Of a DNA stretch of 64,000 bases, positions 62,101 to 64,000 are shown one piece after another. The notes under the pieces are model-generated. The model saw only the letters and a list, made by a program, of their open reading frames with translations. It was not told the origin of the DNA and ran no database searches. This DNA comes from Octopus vulgaris (taxonomy: Eukaryota): positions 109,368,001-109,432,000 of the forward strand of contig OX597818.1 of assembly GCA_951406725.2 (NCBI GenBank), in the 5' to 3' direction. The position numbers and the translations under genes were made by a program. Positions within the stretch are counted from its first letter, which is position 1. Each line of letters begins with the position of its first letter.

Positions 62101-64000
62101 GGGATCAGACATGGCGGTCTTTGCAGTCCAGAGTTCAGAGAACAATGATGAAATCAAGACCTTCCAAATGGGAAGGTATATTAGTAGTGGTGAAGCATGT
62201 TGGAGAATCTTCAATTTCCCCATTCATGAGAGATATCCCTGTGTGCAACATCTTGCAGTTCATTTGGAGAATGGCGAAAGGGTTTACTTCACTCCAGACA
62301 CAGTCCAACAACAAATGGAAGCTCCCAAAAATACCACACTCACAGGATTCTTCCAGCTCTGTCAAAATGATAAATTTGCTAGAAGACTGCTATACAATGA
62401 AGTTCCACAATTCTATACCTGGTGCCAAAACAAATGGAAAAGACGTGCAATTGGATCACCCACACGTCATCCGGGGATCAAGAAATCAGACACACTTAGC
62501 AGAGTCTATGTTGTCCATCCCAACTACTCAGAGTGCTACTATTTAAGGCTTCTGTTACACCATGTCAAGGGACCAACGTCATTTACAGCCTTACGTACAG
62601 TTGACAACACAGTATGTCAAACATATCGCCAGGCTTGCTATGTCAGAGGTCTTCTGGAAGATGATGCACACTGGGATGCCACTCTGAGAGAGGCACAAAT
62701 GTGCAAGTCTCCATTGCAGCTGAGAAACCTCTTCTCCATCATGCTGGTGAACTGTGGATTGTCAAATCCAAATCAACTTTGGTACAAATACAAGGAGGGG
62801 CTTTCTGAAGACATTCTTCAAATAATTCAATATCAGTGTGACGGTGATGTCACATTCAATGATGACATCTTCAATGAGGCATTAATATTAATAGATGACA
62901 AGGTTCAATCACTGGGTGGAAACAAACTTGAAATTTATGGTCTTCCAGCTCCTGTCAGAGATGTTCAACACAGATTAGCACAAGAGCTAATCAGGGAAAC
63001 ATCATACAAGATGGAAAGTTTGCAAGCATTTGTCAATGAAAAGAAACCAATTCTGGTACAGGATCAAAAAGAGGTATACAGGCAAGTTCTGACATCTGTG
63101 GACAATAACACTGGTGGGGTCTTCTTCTTAGATGCTCCAGGAGGCACAGGAAAGACATTATTGATCAACTTGCTCCTTGCCAAGGTGAGACAGAAGAAGA
63201 AGATTGCTCTGGCTGTTGCATCCTCTGGAATTGCAGCCACACTCCTAACAGGGGGAAGAACAGCCCATTCAGCATTCAAGCTGCCTCTCAACCTCATTGA
63301 AAATGAATCTCCTTTATGCAACATATCCAAGAATACAGCATTAGCAAAGCTCCTTACAGATGCCAAACTCATTGTCTGGGATGAGGCAACAATGTCCCAT
63401 AAGGCAGCCTTTGAAGCGCTTGATAGAACACTACAAGACTTCAGAAACAATAAGAAGATCATGGGTGGTGTCACCCTCCTCATGGCTGGTGACTTCAGGC
63501 AAACACTGCCTGTCATTCCCAGAGGAACAAGGGCAGATGAGCTGAGAGCTTGCATCAAGTCCTCAAATATCTGGCAACATGTCAAGCAGCTTACTCTGAC
63601 AACCAACATGAGGGTTCACATTCATGGTGACCCCTTAGCTGCAGAGTTCTCCAACAAGTTACTTAACATTGGAAATGGAAAACTTCCACAAGATCCAGAA
63701 GATAGTCTGCACCACCTTCCATGTGGTAATATGACTGCCTCCCTTGACGACCTGAAGAGCAAGGTGTTTCCAAACATTGCCATAAACTATAAAAGTCACA
63801 AGTGGCTATGTGAAAGAACAATTCTGGCACCAAGGAATGATGCTGTAGACAAGCTGAATCTAAATTTGTTGTCTCAGCTTCCAGGACCTGAATGTTCATA
63901 CAAATCAACTGACTCTGTCCCTGACCAAGAACAAGCAACACATTACCCAGGGGAGTTCCTCAATTCACTGCAACCGCCAGGATTTCCACCACACATTCTG
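59153..64000 (+). mobile_element. Autonomous Helitron (5' boundary uncertain, 3' end outside window)
   Basis: The RepHel ORF is preceded by ~0.9 kb of AT-rich leader with a (TC/TA)n tract and a short internal duplication (aaatttcacttcaatc..tacaatatt at ~59806 and ~59901). The 5' TC terminus was not identified with certainty. Confidence 0.8.
60053..64000 (+). CDS. Helitron RepHel transposase (Zn finger + HUH/Y2 Rep + PIF1-type SF1B helicase), intact frame, 3'-partial at window edge
   Basis: ATG at 60053 (MPRRKVSNLSK...). One frame carries CIYC...CC, FITFTCNPKW, EWQKRGLPHVHILLW (HUH, ~61634), YVCKYVNK (Y2), DAPGGTGKT (Walker A, 63131), LIVWDEATM, GDFRQTLPV, LTTNMRV and ILAPRND, and ends ...FLNSLQPPGFPPHIL at 64000. 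It is absent from the ORF track, consistent with no stop codon before the edge. Confidence 0.95.
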   Translation, partial: MPRRKVSNLSKISRSAKRMSLSRQRETPEEREARQEMNRLCTTKARASQSNEQRYERLTRNRISTAKRRAVAKAQRNKFNKAAFKYDPTVHYADDNRVTIGAMTTECIYCKARKWPGETPALCCSGGKVKLPTIPQPPEPLKKLLSSNDQDSKHFQNKIRQYNAALQMTSFGVTRDLTEPGFMQTFKIQGQIYHQIGSLLPLANKSPKFLQIYFMGDSQQEGQERCKKISDIRMNIVVSLQKMLHNNNNLIRGFKTALETIPPNPMDYKVVIRSDKKPSDQHEGRFSAPTTNEIAVLLVGQEQDKRDIVLHLRDNTLKRISETHGSYDALQYPLLFCYGQDTYQIDISQTNSSKTVSANDFYAFHMMVRSQDSNHILHCRDLFSQFIVDMYAKIESERLGYLRRNQKKLRVESYAHLQDAMLNDHDVNNMGQLIILPSSFTGSPRYMHERTQDAMTYVRHYGRPDLFITFTCNPKWKEIQNELFPNQQPKHRHDIIARVFRQKLIKLMQLLTKDKVFGATRCYIYTIEWQKRGLPHVHILLWLTDKIHARMIDKFISAEIPDPQEDPELFNVVKTQMVHGPCGNINLHAPCMQDKKCTKGFPKKFLQETQTGDDGYPLYRRRKPDDGGFKTTIKKSSHPEIPVDNRWIVPYCPLLSKIFNAHINVEFCNSVKSIKYVCKYVNKGSDMAVFAVQSSENNDEIKTFQMGRYISSGEACWRIFNFPIHERYPCVQHLAVHLENGERVYFTPDTVQQQMEAPKNTTLTGFFQLCQNDKFARRLLYNEVPQFYTWCQNKWKRRAIGSPTRHPGIKKSDTLSRVYVVHPNYSECYYLRLLLHHVKGPTSFTALRTVDNTVCQTYRQACYVRGLLEDDAHWDATLREAQMCKSPLQLRNLFSIMLVNCGLSNPNQLWYKYKEGLSEDILQIIQYQCDGDVTFNDDIFNEALILIDDKVQSLGGNKLEIYGLPAPVRDVQHRLAQELIRETSYKMESLQAFVNEKKPILVQDQKEVYRQVLTSVDNNTGGVFFLDAPGGTGKTLLINLLLAKVRQKKKIALAVASSGIAATLLTGGRTAHSAFKLPLNLIENESPLCNISKNTALAKLLTDAKLIVWDEATMSHKAAFEALDRTLQDFRNNKKIMGGVTLLMAGDFRQTLPVIPRGTRADELRACIKSSNIWQHVKQLTLTTNMRVHIHGDPLAAEFSNKLLNIGNGKLPQDPEDSLHHLPCGNMTASLDDLKSKVFPNIAINYKSHKWLCERTILAPRNDAVDKLNLNLLSQLPGPECSYKSTDSVPDQEQATHYPGEFLNSLQPPGFPPHIL

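Noticed and set aside
63064-63609. 181-aa minus ORF and other short ORFs over 60224-63941
   Set aside because: These are antisense or off-frame shadows of the Helitron RepHel ORF.

Overview
AT-rich, repeat-dense animal genomic DNA. The SINE/RTE/MITE repertoire and (TA)n/(CA)n load resemble a coleoid cephalopod (Octopus); this is an inference from family familiarity, not a database result. Nearly all ORFs in the supplied track are microsatellite or SINE artefacts. The two most meaningful coding signals are NOT in the track. (1) A 92-nt minus-strand exon (35774-35865) encodes part of a Greatwall/MASTL kinase N-lobe, so much of the window is probably large introns of that gene. (2) An uninterrupted Helitron Rep-helicase ORF runs from 60053 off the right edge (at least 1316 codons). 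The rest comprises decayed RTE LINEs (two with a PHD finger embedded just after the RT core), a CR1-type 3' end, several SINE families, non-autonomous Helitrons, hAT/piggyBac-type MITEs, foldback elements, and pogo and maT transposase relics. There are also Penelope-type relics with decayed hammerhead ribozyme motifs and a short repeat family whose head resembles an HDV-like ribozyme fold. No CRISPR array, rRNA or genuine tRNA gene is supported. Boundaries of decayed repeats are approximate.
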